In this document: in pieces, positions 23,020 to 35,524 of the stretch | How positions within the stretch are numbered: position 1 is the stretch's first letter | Layout: every line of letters starts with the position of its first letter | Source of the DNA: Macrostomum lignano | Lineage: Eukaryota | Length of the DNA: 64,000 bases | Assembly: GCA_002269645.1 (NCBI GenBank) | Contig: NIVC01000202.1 | Coordinates: forward strand, 62,001-126,000 | Reading direction: 5' to 3' | The notes under the pieces: generated by a model | Seen by the model: only the letters and a program-made list of their open reading frames with translations | Told to the model about the DNA's origin: nothing | The model's database searches: none | Made by a program: the position numbers and the translations under genes

Positions 23020-25800
23020 GTAGAAGCTCCATGACACACGGGGAAGCTACATGACATACTGGGAAGCTACATGACACACGGGAAGCTACATGATACACGG
23101 GGAAGCTACATGACACACGGGAAGCTACATGACACATTGGGAAGCTCCATGACACACGGGAAGCTACATGACACATGGGGAAGCTACATGACACACTGGG
23201 AAGCTACATGACACACTGGGAAGCTCCATGACACACTGGGAAGCTACATGACACATGGGGAAGCTCCATGACACACTGGGAAGCTACATGACACACGGGG
23301 AAGCTACATGACACACGGGGAAGCTACATGACACATTGGGAAGCTACATGACACACTGGGAAGCTACATGACACACGGGGAAGCTACATGACACATTGGG
23401 AAGCTACATGACACACGGGGAAGTTACATGACATATTGGGAAGCTCCATGACACACTGGGAAGCTACATGACACACTGGGAAGCTACATGACACATGGGG
23501 AAGCTACATGACACACTGGGAAGCTACATGACACACTGGGAAGCTACATGACACATGGGGAAGCTACATGACACACTGGGAAGCTACATGACACACGGGA
23601 AGCTACATGACACATGGGGAAGCTACATGACATATTGGGAAGCTCCATGACACACTGGGAAGCTACATGACACACTGGGAAGCTACATGACACATGGGAA
23701 GCTACATGACACATGGGAAGCTACATGACACACGGGAAGCTACATGACACACTGGGAAGCTACATGACACATGGGAAGCTACATGACACACGGGAAGCTA
23801 CATGACACACGGGAAGCTCCATGACACATGGGAAGCTACATGACACACGGGAAGCTACATGACACACGGGGAAGCTCCATGACACATTGGGAAGCTACAT
23901 GACACACTGGGAAGCTACATGACACATTGGGAAGCTACATGACACACTGGGAAGCTACATGACACACGGGGAAGCTACATGACACATTGGGAAGCTACAT
24001 GACACACTGGGAAGCTACATGACACACGGGAAGCTACATGACACATGGGGAAGCTACATGACACACTGGGAAGCTACATGACACACGGGAAGCTACATGA
24101 CACATTGGGAAGCTACATGACACACGGGGAAGCTACATGACACACGGGGAAGCTACATGACACACGGGGAAGCTACATGACACACGGGGAAGCTCCATGA
24201 CACATTGGGAAGCTACATGACACACTGGGAAGCTACATGACACACGGGGAAGCTACATGACACACTGGGAAGCTACATGACACACGGGAAGCTACATGAC
24301 ACATGGGAAGCTACATGACACACTGGGAAGCTACATGACACACTGGGAAGCTACATGACACATGGGAAGCTACATGACACACTGGGAAGCTACATGACAC
24401 ACGGGAAGCTACATGACACATGGGAAGCTACATGACACATTGGAAGTACATGACATATTGGGAAGCTCCATGACACACTGGGAAGCTACATGTGGGAAGC
24501 TACATGACACACTGGGAAGCTACATGACACACGGGAAGCTACATGACACACTGGGAAGCTACATGACACACTGGGAAGCTACATGACACACTGGGAAGCT
24601 ACATGACACACTGGGAAGCTACATGACACACTGGGAAGCTACATGACACACTGGGAAGCTACATGACACACTGGGAAGCTACATGACACATGGGAAGCTA
24701 CATGACACACGGGAAGCTACATGACACACGGGAAGCTACATGACACACTGGGAAGCTACATGACACACGGGAAGCTACATGACACACGGGAAGCTACATG
24801 ACACACGGGAAGCTACATGACACACGGGAAGCTACATGACACACTGGGAAGCTACATGACACACGGGAAGCTACATGACACATTGGGAAGCTACATGACA
24901 CACTGGGAAGCTACATGACACACTGGGAAGCTACATGACACACTGGGAAGCTACATGACACACTGGGAAGCTACATGACACACGGGGAAGCTACATGACA
25001 CACTGGGAAGCTACATGACACACGGGAAGCTACATGACACATTGGGAAGCTACATGACACATGGGAAGCTACATGACACACTGGGAAGCTACATGACACA
25101 CTGGGAAGCTACATGACACACTGGGAAGCTACATGACACACGGGAAGCTACATGACACACTGGGAAGCTACATGACACACTGGGAAGCTACATGACACAC
25201 GGGAAGCTACATGACACACTGGGAAGCTACATGACACACTGGGAAGCTACATGACACACGGGGAAGCTACATGACACACGGGAAGCTACATGACACACGG
25301 GAAGCTACATGACACACGGGAAGCTACATGACACACGGGAAGCTACATGACACACGGGAAGCTACATGACACACGGGGAAGCTACATGACACACGGGAAG
25401 CTACATGACACACGGGAAGCTACATGACACACGGGAAGCTACATGACACACTGGGGAAGCTACATGACACACGGGAAGCTACATGACACACGGGAAGCTA
25501 CATGACACATGGGAAGCTACATGACACACTGGGAAGCTACATGACACACGGGAAGATACATGACACACTGGGAAGCTACATGACACACGGGGAAGCTACA
25601 TGACACACTGGGAAGCTACATGACACACGGGGAAGCTACATGACACACTGGGAAGCTACATGACACACGGGAAGCTACATGACACACGGGAAGCTACATG
25701 ACACACTGGGAAGCTACATGACACATGGGGAAGCTACATGACACACGGGGAAGCTACATGACACACTGGGAAGCTACATGACACATGGAGAGCTCCATGA
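23020..25800. repeat. 19-20 bp minisatellite GGGAAGCTACATGACACAC(T/G) in LRRC23 intron 3
   Basis: Tandem units. Confidence 0.98.
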
Positions 25801-25897
25801 TTGAAGGTTGGATAAAAATGGTGGAAACAAACGCATCTAAAGTTTCAGGGTAATCCCAAAATTTTAGCTTAAACTTAGGGTGATTTTATTCCCCCAG

Positions 25898-26028
25898 TCA
25901 ACAGAGTGAAGTACATCGAAGGCGTGGACCCCAGCATCATGAACCGCCTGCACACGCTTGAGCTCCGAGGCAACCAGCTGGCAAGCACTGACGGACTCCA
26001 CCTGCCCAACTTGAAGAACCTCTTTCTG
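25898..26028 (+). CDS. LRRC23: LRRC23 exon 4
   Basis: NRVKYIEGVDPSIMNRLHTLELRGNQLASTDGLHLPNLKNLFL; cccag and gtgag boundaries. Confidence 0.95.
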
Positions 26029-26052
26029 GTGAGATTGCGGATGTAATATTTC

Positions 26053-26727
26053 ATGTCTGATCCTGAGAGATTGTGCCTGCTCATGTGCGATCCTGAGAGA
26101 TTGTGCCTGCTCATGTGCGATCCTGAGAGATTGTGCCTGATCTTATGCGATCCTGAGAGATTGTGCCTGCTCATGTGCGATCCTGAGAGATTGTGCCTGA
26201 TCGTGTTCGATCCTGAGAGATTGTGCCTGATCTTATGCGATCCTGAGAGATTGTGCCTGCTCATGTGCGATCCTGAGAGATTGTGCCTGATCATGTGCGA
26301 TCCTGAGAGATTGTGCCTGATCGTGTGCGATCCTGAGAGATTGTGCCTGATCGTGTGCGATCCTGAGAGATTGTGCCTGATCGTGTTCGATCCTGAGAGA
26401 TTGTGCCTGATCGTGTTCGATCCTGAGAGATTGTGCCTGATCGTGTTCGATCCTGAGAGATTGTGCCTGATCGTGTGCGATCCTGAGAGATTGTGCCTGA
26501 TCTTATGCGATCCTGAGAGATTGTGCCTGATCTTATGCGATCCTGAGAGATTGTGCCTGATCGTGTGCGATCCTGAGAGATTGTGCCTGATCGTGTGCGA
26601 TCCTGAGAGATTGTGCCTGATCGTGTGCGATCCTGAGAGATTGTGCCTGATCGTGTGCGATCCTGAGAGATTGTGCCTGATCTTATGCGATCCTGAGAGA
26701 TTGTGCCTGATCGTGTGCGATCCTGAG
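26053..26727. repeat. 30-bp minisatellite GATCCTGAGAGATTGTGCCTGATCGTGTGC in LRRC23 intron 4
   Basis: Exact 30-bp period; no spacers. Confidence 0.98.
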
Positions 26728-26850
26728 TAAGAACTTAGGTCGAAGCGCACCTTCGGACACGCAATGTAGAAGCTTACATGTACACTCAGTCGCTGCACAG
26801 GCTGCCAGTCAAACAGTAGAAACTCTCGAAGTCATTCGCAAATTACACAG

Positions 26851-26987
26851 GCTGGCAATCGGATCCGCCAAGTGACCGGACTCGGCCGGATGGAGAGCCT
26901 GACCACTCTGCACCTGCGCGACAACCAAATTGAGACGCTGGACGGATTCACCGATCAGATAAAGAATCTGCAGTACCTTAATATGCG
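26851..26987 (+). CDS. LRRC23: LRRC23 exon 5
   Basis: AGNRIRQVTGLGRMESLTTLHLRDNQIETLDGFTDQIKNLQYLNMR; cag and gtatga boundaries. Confidence 0.95.
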
Positions 26988-27174
26988 GTATGAATAGGAA
27001 TGCTCATAAAAACTCTCATGCATATTAAGGCGTAAAGCAAAGGCTCTCTAAACCGAATCGAAAACCCATTAATCAAGTAGAGGCCCTATGACTGAAGTGA
27101 GAATTCAGAAAGCCCCATGGGAATTGGGAATTTATGATCAAAGCTCCATGATTGAATAGGAAGCTCTGCATGGG

Positions 27175-29350
27175 ACCAAAAGGAAAGCTCCATCAACAAA
27201 AGGAAAGCTCCATGACCAAAAGGAAAGCTCCATAACCAAAAGGAAAGCTCCATAACCAAAAGGAAAGCTCCATCACCAAAAGGAAAGCTCCATCACCAAA
27301 AGGAAAGCTCCATCACCAAAAGGAAAGCTCCATAACCAAAAGGAAAGCTCCATAACCAAAAGGAAAGCTCCATGACCAAAAGGAAAGCTCCATAACCAAA
27401 AGGGAAGCTCCATGACCAAAAGGAAAGCTCCATGACCAAAAGGAAAGCTCCATAACCAAAAGGAAAGCTCCATGACCAAAAGGAAAGCTCCATGACCAAA
27501 AGGAAAGCTCCATAACCAAAAGGGAAGCTCCATGACCAAAAGGAAAGCTCCATGACCAAAAGGAAAGCTCTATAACCAAAAGGAAAGCTCCATAACCAAA
27601 AGGAAAGCTCCATGACCAAAAGGAAAGCTCCATGACCAAAAGGAAAGCTCCATGACCAAAAGGAAAGCTCCATGACCAAAAGGAAAGCTCCATGACCAAA
27701 AGGAAAGCTCCATAACCAAAAGGAAAGCTCCATAACCAAAAGGAAAGCTCCATGACCAAAAGGAAAGCTCCATAACCAAAAGGAAAGCTCCATGACCAAA
27801 AGGAAAGCTCCATGACCAAAAGGAAAGCTCATGACCAAAAGGAAAGCTCCATGACCAAAAGGAAAGCTCCATGACCAAAAGGAAAGCTCCATGACCAAAA
27901 GGAAAGCTCCATGACCAAAAGGAAAGCTCCATGACCAAAAGGAAAGCTCCATAACCAAAAGGAAAGCTCCATAACCAAAAGGAAAGCTCCATAACCAAAA
28001 GGAAAGCTCCATGACCAAAAGGAAAGCTCCATGACCAAAAGGAAAGCTCCATAACCAAAAGGAAAGCTCCATGACCAAAAGGAAAGCTCCATAACCAAAA
28101 GGAAAGCTCCATGACCAAAAGGAAAGCTCCATAACCAAAAGGAAAGCTCCATAACCAAAAGGAAAGCTCCATAACCAAAAGGAAAGCTCCATAACCAAAA
28201 GGAAAGCTCCATAACCAAAAGGAAAGCTCCATAACCAAAAGGAAAGCTCCATGACCAAAAGGAAAGCTCCATGACCAAAAGGAAAGCTCCATGACCAAAA
28301 GGAAAGCTCCATAACCAAAAGGAAAGCTCCATAACCAAAAGGAAAGCTCCATGACCAAAAGGAAGCTCCATGACCAAAAGGAAAGCTCCATGACCAAAAG
28401 GAAAGCTCCATGACCAAAAGGAAAGCTCCATAACCAAAAGGAAAGCTCCATAACCAAAAGGAAAGCTCCATGAACCAAAAGGAAAGCTCCATGACCAAAA
28501 GGAAAGCTCCATGACCAAAAGGAAAGCTCCATAACCAAAAGGAAAGCTCCATGACCAAAAGGAAAGCTCCATAACCAAAAGGAAAGCTCCATGACCAAAA
28601 GGAAAGCTCCATGACCAAAAGGAAAGCTCCATAACCAAAAGGAAAGCTCCATAACCAAAAGGAAAGCTCCATGACCAAAAGGAAGCTCCATGACGAAAAG
28701 GAAAGCTCCATAACCAAAAGGAAAGCTCCATAACCAAAAGGAAAGCTCCATGACCAAAAGGAAAGCTCCATGACCAAAAGGAAAGCTCCATGACCAAAAG
28801 GAAAGCTCCATGACCAAAAGGAAAGCTCCATGACCAAAAGGAAAGCTCCATAACCAAAAGGAAAGCTCCATAACCAAAAGGAAAGCTCCATAACCAAAAG
28901 GAAAGCTCCATGACCAAAAGGAAAGCTCCATAACCAAAAGGAAAGCTCCATAACCAAAAGGAAAGCTCCATGACCAAAAGGAAAGCTCCATGACCAAAAG
29001 GAAAGCTCCATAACCAAAAGGAAAGCTCCATGACCAAAAGGAAAGCTCCATGACCAAAAGGAAAGCTCCATAACCAAAAGGAAAGCTCCATGACCAAAAG
29101 GAAAGCTCCATGACCAAAAGGAAAGCTCCATAACCAAAAGGAAAGCTCCATGACCAAAAGGAAAGCTCCATGACCAAAAGGAAAGCTCCATGACCAAAAG
29201 GAAAGCTCCATAACCAAAAGGAAAGCTCCATAACCAAAAGGAAAGCTCCATGACCAAAAGGAAAGCTCCATGACCAAAAGGAAAGCTCCATGACCAAAAG
29301 GAAAGCTCCATGACCAAAAGGAAAGCTCCATGGCCAAAAGGAAAGCTACA
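27175..29350. repeat. 20-bp minisatellite CCAAAAGGAAAGCTCCAT(G/A)A in LRRC23 intron 5
   Basis: Tandem units. Confidence 0.98.
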
Positions 29351-29462
29351 GGATCAAAAGGAAACCTCCATGATCGATAGGAAATTACCGGGATAAAATA
29401 GAAAACTCTATAAGAGTAGCAACCCAATAAACAGCCAGCTAAATATCCCATAATTCCTCCAG

Positions 29463-29703
29463 CGGAAACGGCATCAGCTCGCTGAGGGAGCTTAACAAGC
29501 TCAAGTGCTTGCCGATGCTCCGTGCTGTTGTGCTGTCGGAGAATCCCATCGCCGAGGACGACGAGTACCGGCTCGAGGTGCTGACGGTGCTGCGCAAGGT
29601 GATCCGGCTGGACAAGGACGAGTACCAGGATGACGAGCGGGAGGAGGCTGAGGCTCGCTACGAGCAACGGCGACTCGAGGAACTGAACAAGGAGGAGATG
29701 GAG
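29463..29703 (+). CDS. LRRC23: LRRC23 exon 6 (LRRcap and coiled tail)
   Basis: GNGISSLRELNKLKCLPMLRAVVLSENPIAEDDEYRLEVL...RLDKDEYQDDEREEAE. Confidence 0.95.
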
Positions 29704-29804
29704 GTAGGTACTCTTGTGCATCTCCTCTTTAGTGGTGGGATAAATTGGAAGCCAGAAACATCCCAGCAAGGCCGATTAATTAATTGCTACAGTACTCCAA
29801 AACA

Positions 29805-30227
29805 TCAGGGAATGATTATTAGTGACTCACCGCTACCCCTGAACCCACAGGGAATGATTATTGTTGACTCGCCACTACCCCAGATCCCCCAGGGAATGAT
29901 TATTGGTGACTCGCCGCTACCCCAGATCCCCCAGGGAATGATTATTGTTGACTCGCCGCTACCCCAGATCCCCCAGGGAATGATTATTGGTGACTCGCCG
30001 CTACCCCAGAACCCCCTCATGGAATGATTATTGGTGACTCGCCGCTACCCCAGAACCCCTCATGGAATGATTATTGGTGACTCGCCGCTACCCCAGAACC
30101 CCCTCATGGAATGATTATTGGTGACTCGCCGCTACCCCAGAACCCCCTCATGGAATGATTATTGGTGACTCGCCGCTACCCCAGAACCCCCAGGGAATGA
30201 TTATTGGTGACTCGCCGCTACCCCAGA
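29805..30227. repeat. 42-43 bp minisatellite in LRRC23 intron 6
   Basis: GGAATGATTATTGGTGACTCGCCGCTACCCCAGA(A/T)CCCC... tandem units. Confidence 0.96.
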
Positions 30228-30287
30228 GTGATGACTCGAAGCAGATCAGATAACTATAACAACTAACATCAATCGTGATAATTTCAG

Positions 30288-30353
30288 GAGGGTAAAGAAG
30301 AGGAAGATGATGCAACAGCGGAGGCAGCGGCAGACGAACCAGTTGAAGAGTGA
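30288..30353 (+). CDS. LRRC23: LRRC23 exon 7 (terminal); full model 360 aa
   Basis: ttcag acceptor, EGKEEEDDATAEAAADEPVEE*. The seven exons total 1083 nt, in frame. Confidence 0.8.
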   Translation, partial: EGKEEEDDATAEAAADEPVEE

Positions 30354-30817
30354 AGTCGGATACGATGATTGGGACAAAAGAAAATTCCATCCGTGATCTG
30401 ATAACACTAAGTTTATGCATACTATCTATCTAAACAAAAGGAAATGCCGTACGCACCAGCCACAAGTTGTGCGATTTAACTTTTTGTCTGTTTGTTTCTT
30501 TGATATATTTTGACTTGTGACTAAGCTTCGACGAATAGCTATTCCCATATTGTTTAGCTTACATATTGTACTACTTATGGTATGCTTTTTGTTGCTGAAC
30601 GAAGGGATTTCATTAATGTTTTTCTATTGGAAACTAAACCAAATATAATTACCAGATGTTATTGACAATTGGCTTTGTTCTAATATTTAATTCATATTTC
30701 TAAGAAACAAAACGCTCGAAAAAGAGAAGTTGGACTTGTCTCATTTAATTAACAGGTACCTATATGATATACATAGCATAGTCAGTGGCTTGCCATTATG
30801 GATGAGTGGTCGCTTTT

Positions 30818-31280
30818 TCTCACAGCTATTGATTATCCTGTAGCTTTATCACAGCTATTGATTATCCTGTAGCTTTATCACAGCTATTGATTATCCTGTA
30901 GCTGTCTCACAGCTATTGATTATCCTGTAGCTTTATCACAGCTATTGATTATCCTGTAGCTATATCACAGCTATTGATTATCCTGTAGCTATATCACAGC
31001 TATTGATTATCCTGTAGCTATATCACAGCTATTGATTATCCTGTAGCTTTATCACAGCTATTGATTATCCTGTAGCTTTATCACAGCTATTGATTATCCT
31101 GTAGCTTTATCACAGCTATTGATTATCCTGTAGCTGTCTCACAGCTATTGATTATCCTGTAGCTTTATCACAGCTATTGATTATCCTGTAGCTTTATCAC
31201 AGCTATTGATTATCCTGTAGCTTTATCACAGCTATTGATTATCCTGTAGCTTTATCACAGCTATTGATTATCCTGTAGCT
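30818..31280. repeat. 29-bp minisatellite CACAGCTATTGATTATCCTGTAGCTTTAT downstream of the LRRC23 stop
   Basis: Tandem units. Confidence 0.97.
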
Positions 31281-32109
31281 TGGCTTTCGATGGCAAGAAT
31301 TTTTGCTTCTTTTACCCCGCCATTTTTGCTACAGATGCTCTTCAACTGTAGCAATTAAATAAAAGCAATTCACGCAAGACAATAAGTTGCAATATGATTC
31401 ACGTGATTTAATTGTCTCGGACAAATTAAAAACTGTTTTGGAAGCAGAGACGGGCCAAGCAATATAATCAGAAATAATCAAGTTTCGGTACTGGAGCAGC
31501 AGTGCTTACCATGCAACATGTATATGTATATGACATTACAGACACTAAAGGTCAACTCCGATTAGGTTGGTGTTACAGTAAAAAGCGCAAGCTAAAAAAA
31601 CACACAAACAATTTTCATATTAAACACAACTATTGAAGGCTGACAATAGTCACAAGAAGCTGATTATGTATAATGTGTTGCAATAATGAATAGAACTAAG
31701 CATATAGCAATTATGATATAATCTACAGACAGTAGACAGTAGAATACCAAGCTATATAAAGGTAAAATTAAATTAGTAAAATTACTGATCAACAAGAAGA
31801 CAGAGAAACTTGAATATAGAGACTAATAAAATTTTATCAATTAGCTTCACGCATGCACAAATTCAACTGGGATGGCCTTAGCATGGGTTTAACAATACTT
31901 GCTGTATAGATAATTATTGATCAAACAAATAGCAAAACGCAGGCAACCGATAGGCGAAGAAAAATTCGTTACTAAAAAATTATTTTAATATATACTAATG
32001 ACAGTAATAAGCATACTGTTCAAACGAGTTTGATTGACACATTCGCGCACAAAAACACTAGTCAATGTATGTGTTTAGCAGGTCTCGGACAGCCGATAAA
32101 GCGCAGTGC

Positions 32110-32597
32110 TCAAGCCAGAGTTGACATGATATTCTTCAAGTTGCTATTCTTAGTTTTCTGCACTAGCAAGCACAGCTTGGTCATCGGCACCCGCTGCTCA
32201 GTGAGGTGCGGCAGCGAGATCGGTATCCTGTTGTAGTCGATCTTGTTCTCGAATATGCCGATGCTGTTGGGGATCAGTTCTGGCGACAGGTGCACCAGGA
32301 AGCCGTTGATGTACAGGCAGTTGCTAGCCTGATCCTCGGGCAGCTGGATCACCCGGTAGCTGTACGTGGCCTTCCAGTTGATCTCCTTGATGGTCTTCTG
32401 CGCGGCCGGGTTCAAGCCGACAGCGATTACATTGGTGCCGGCCATGCAGACCAGATCCTTCAGCGAGGTTGTGCCCTTCTTGGTGTCCAGCTGGGGCACG
32501 GACACGATTGTCACCGGGTACTCGGGGAACGTTTTAGCAACGCAGGTGGCGCCGGCCTCGTTCGTGTGAGTTGAGATGCCAACGATGATCTCCTTGC
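32110..32597 (-). CDS. DDAH: DDAH-like protein exon 3 (terminal)
   Basis: KEIIVGISTHTNEAGATCVAKTFPEYPV...CMAGTNVIAVG...NCLYING aligns with DDAH1; tag acceptor, phase 1. Confidence 0.93.
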
Positions 32598-32643
32598 CTA
32601 TGGGAAGGTGATTTTGAAGTAAAGCTTACAATAAGTAGCACTC

Positions 32644-32975
32644 AGGGGGCCGAAACCCAGGTGTGTGTCCAACGGCCCAGGCTCGATTCCAAGTGCAGTC
32701 ACATTAACTTGTGGCTAAATTGGAATCTTCGCTTGGCTCTGCTCGTCCAACCCCCAAGGCGCAGTGAAGTGTACATGCCTGACGATAAATAAAGTCAGGG
32801 CCGCTGTACACTCCTGTGTGAGTGTGTGCCTGTGCGTATGACTGCGTACGTATCCGCGCGCTTGTGTGCCTGCTCAGGGGAGTCGGTGGAATGGGCAGCA
32901 ATGCCTCTCGCCAGTTGTGCGAGAACGTCGCTTAAAGTGCGCCAGGGTGCACACAGCCCCCTTCCAGTTATTATT
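32644..32975 (+). mobile_element. SINE family A, copy 2 (A-box damaged), in DDAH intron 2
   Basis: B-box GGCTCGATTCC and body nearly identical to copy 1. Confidence 0.85.
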
Positions 32976-33280
32976 AGGCTACTAATGCGAGAGTCGGCCC
33001 GCAGATGGCGAGAAGACAAGAAGTCATGCCGCCTGAGCATGACCCCTGGGCATGCACACAATCGTCGGGCATGTACATTGTGCACTTTAACTTGGGGATA
33101 GAGCCCCAAATGGGTGTGACTTTTTGAAATCAGTAAACTAGCAAAGCTCAAACTTTTGAACTTGCACAATAGATCTGTAGGGCATTAGCACTAAAATAAA
33201 TTACTACTTACTAGTGTAAGATTTGAAACCTTGGGTTCAAGCCTGAATTTACAAATTATACTAACAGCTCATTAACTTAC

Positions 33281-33383
33281 CAGTGAATAGTACATCGCTA
33301 CCTTCAAGCTGGGCTCCATCAATGGAGATCTCGGCCACTTTCATGCCTAGCTGACGCTTCAAAGTCTGTCGTATGGCACTTAT
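33281..33383 (-). CDS. DDAH: DDAH-like protein exon 2
   Basis: ISAIRQTLKRQLGMKVAEISIDGAQLEGSDVLFTG (DDAH LDGGDVLFTG); cag and gtaag boundaries. Confidence 0.93.
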
Positions 33384-33486
33384 CTGCATAGGAATTATAA
33401 TTATATTATAAAAAACTATTCATTTAGTTTTAATCTATGACTAAAGCCAAGGTTTTTATACTTTAGAATATATTGAATTATGGCAA

Positions 33487-34877
33487 CTAGTTGTTTCACC
33501 CATAAACTGTTTTGGCCATGGACACTTCACCCCCAGACCATTTTGCCCATAGACCATTTTGGCTTAAGCCAATTAGACTAGTTTGGCAAAGGTAGCAACA
33601 AATGTGAATGCCCAAACTTGGAGAAAGAATTGATTGAATAATTGATTCTTAATTGGTGACAAATCTTATACTTTTAGAATTTTTGGTTTTACCTTGCTTG
33701 TAACTGAAACCCTTTCTCTTGATCTACTAATTGAAATGGCTTATCGCTTATCATGCTTTTGAAAGGAATAACTTTCTTAAAAAAACTTGTAATGATTCAC
33801 AATCTTATTAAACACAATTGTCAGTGTTGGGCACCAGTCTGTTAATAAGCGTTAATCCATTAATAAGCATTAAGATTTTTTTAAACTAACAGATTAACAA
33901 ATTTGTATTAATAATTTTGTGAGTAAACAACAAATTCATTGTTAACATTAATGGCAATATCAATGACCAAAGATGAAAAGAAAAAACAAAAATATGTCTG
34001 ACAAGAAGTTACAATATTACGAATGTTTTTCAATTTATCTAAATGCTTTATTCATCTCTGTTTATAACAATGATCATGCAAACGTAACAACTTACTAATT
34101 GAACTTTAATAAAGAATTAAAATTGTGAAATTTATTGCTCTTGCGTGAGCATCAATCACTTTGATTCACTTTTTTAACAATCTTTTGTGACTTTCTGCTG
34201 TGCCTGCTAATGCTACTAAAGCAATCTTATTCATATTTTATTATTAACTAATTAGCTTTCAATTTTCAAATAAATAAGCTACTTTTTTACTATATGCTTA
34301 CTTTTAGTAGTATTATGCATACAAGTTTTATAAATTTTTATTTATTACTTTTTAGCTTATAAATCACTTAGATGATCTCTGTGTTTTGCTAAAAAGATGA
34401 AAAAGCAAACACAGTACATTATGAAGTCTGTTTTGGAAAAAAAGTGCCAGATTTATCTATTAAGTGAGTTAAATTTAATAGATTAATGCTTATTAATGAT
34501 TATCAATTAATTTCTAGTTAACTTTAACAAAATTAAGAGTTAATAAGTTAAGATTATTTGTTTTAATACTAATGATTTTGCCATTAATGGAAGTTAAGAT
34601 TTTCATTAAGGGTGCCCAACACTGACAATTGTAATAATTCATGTTGTGTAGCAACAATTCATATTGTATTATACAATAAAACTGAAAATTAGCATTAAAT
34701 AGTATTGAAAAGACAAATCTAAAGATACATATAGAGCTAAATCTCTAAATTACACAATTACCATTCTGGCCAAAATGCTTATAGCCAAACTGGTTTATAG
34801 GCAAAACAGACTATGGGCAAAATGGTCTAAAGGCAAAATGTCCAAGGCCAAAATTTTTAGGGGCAAAACAACTGGAA
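33487..34877. mobile_element. Older element with diverged ~110-bp inverted arms (33487-33595 / 34760-34877), enclosing the hAT insertion
   Basis: Arms share AGACCATTTTGCCCATAG / CTATGGGCAAAATGGTCT and neighbouring TTTTGGCC units in inverted orientation. Confidence 0.6.
33822..34624. mobile_element. Non-autonomous hAT-type DNA transposon (803 bp)
   Basis: Perfect 14-bp TIR CAGTGTTGGGCACC and perfect 8-bp TSD ACAATTGT (33814-33821, 34625-34632). No transposase ORF. Confidence 0.9.
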
Positions 34878-35269
34878 TTCTAAATTATAATTGAACTCAA
34901 TTTTATTGTCATTAAGCAATCAACAATTGCTTGATTGAAGCTTTATTACTGACAAATTGCCTTTTCTTAAAGATAAAACAACATAGACAAAATATCTTAG
35001 GATAATAAATATAAATAAAAATATGTATGGTCAAGTTATCATTAATTATTATTTGTAATATTAAGAAGTATTACTATAGTAAATTTTTAGTGACTAGTTT
35101 TACTGTCAGACTTGGAATTATAGATGGAATGTTTGCTGAGCTTAGATTCATGCAGTCTAAACTTACTTTTCCTCAAAAAACTATATTTGGGCCAATTATA
35201 GTTTATATTGGCAATATTATACATCAATTTAAAAAAAACTTTCTAGTCAAGTCAAATAGATATGCTTAC

Positions 35270-35524
35270 CTCTCCTTGCCTATTGCCATATGGATTGCAC
35301 ATTAAAGCAATGTTGTTGATAATTACTGCAGTGTCATCAACAAATGGACTAGTTGGATGCCGCTCTTCAACGTCAATTTCTAAAACATCCATAAAACTTT
35401 GTCTTAAAATTTCAACAAGATTTTCATGCTCCGCCCTTGCTGTTTCAATGTCAATTTTTGGGTACTTTTGAGAAAAAGACTGTGGAATCTTTTGAACGAT
35501 GGCATAGTTGTATTTAAATGCCAT
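35270..35524 (-). CDS. DDAH: DDAH-like protein exon 1; full model 281 aa
   Basis: MAFKYNYAIVQKIPQSF...ARAEHENLVEILRQ...PFVDDTAVIINNIALMCNP...RQGE; GTAAG donor. Confidence 0.9.

Noticed and set aside
26053-26727. CRISPR-like 30-bp repeats (also 63028-64000 and 30818-31280)
   Set aside because: Units are head-to-tail with no unique spacers, no cas genes are present, and the context is eukaryotic.
25875-29769. 225-674 aa repeat ORFs (RHNLSGSHTI, CDPERLCLIV, MELSFWSWSF)
   Set aside because: Stop-free tandem units inside LRRC23 introns; real exons splice around them.
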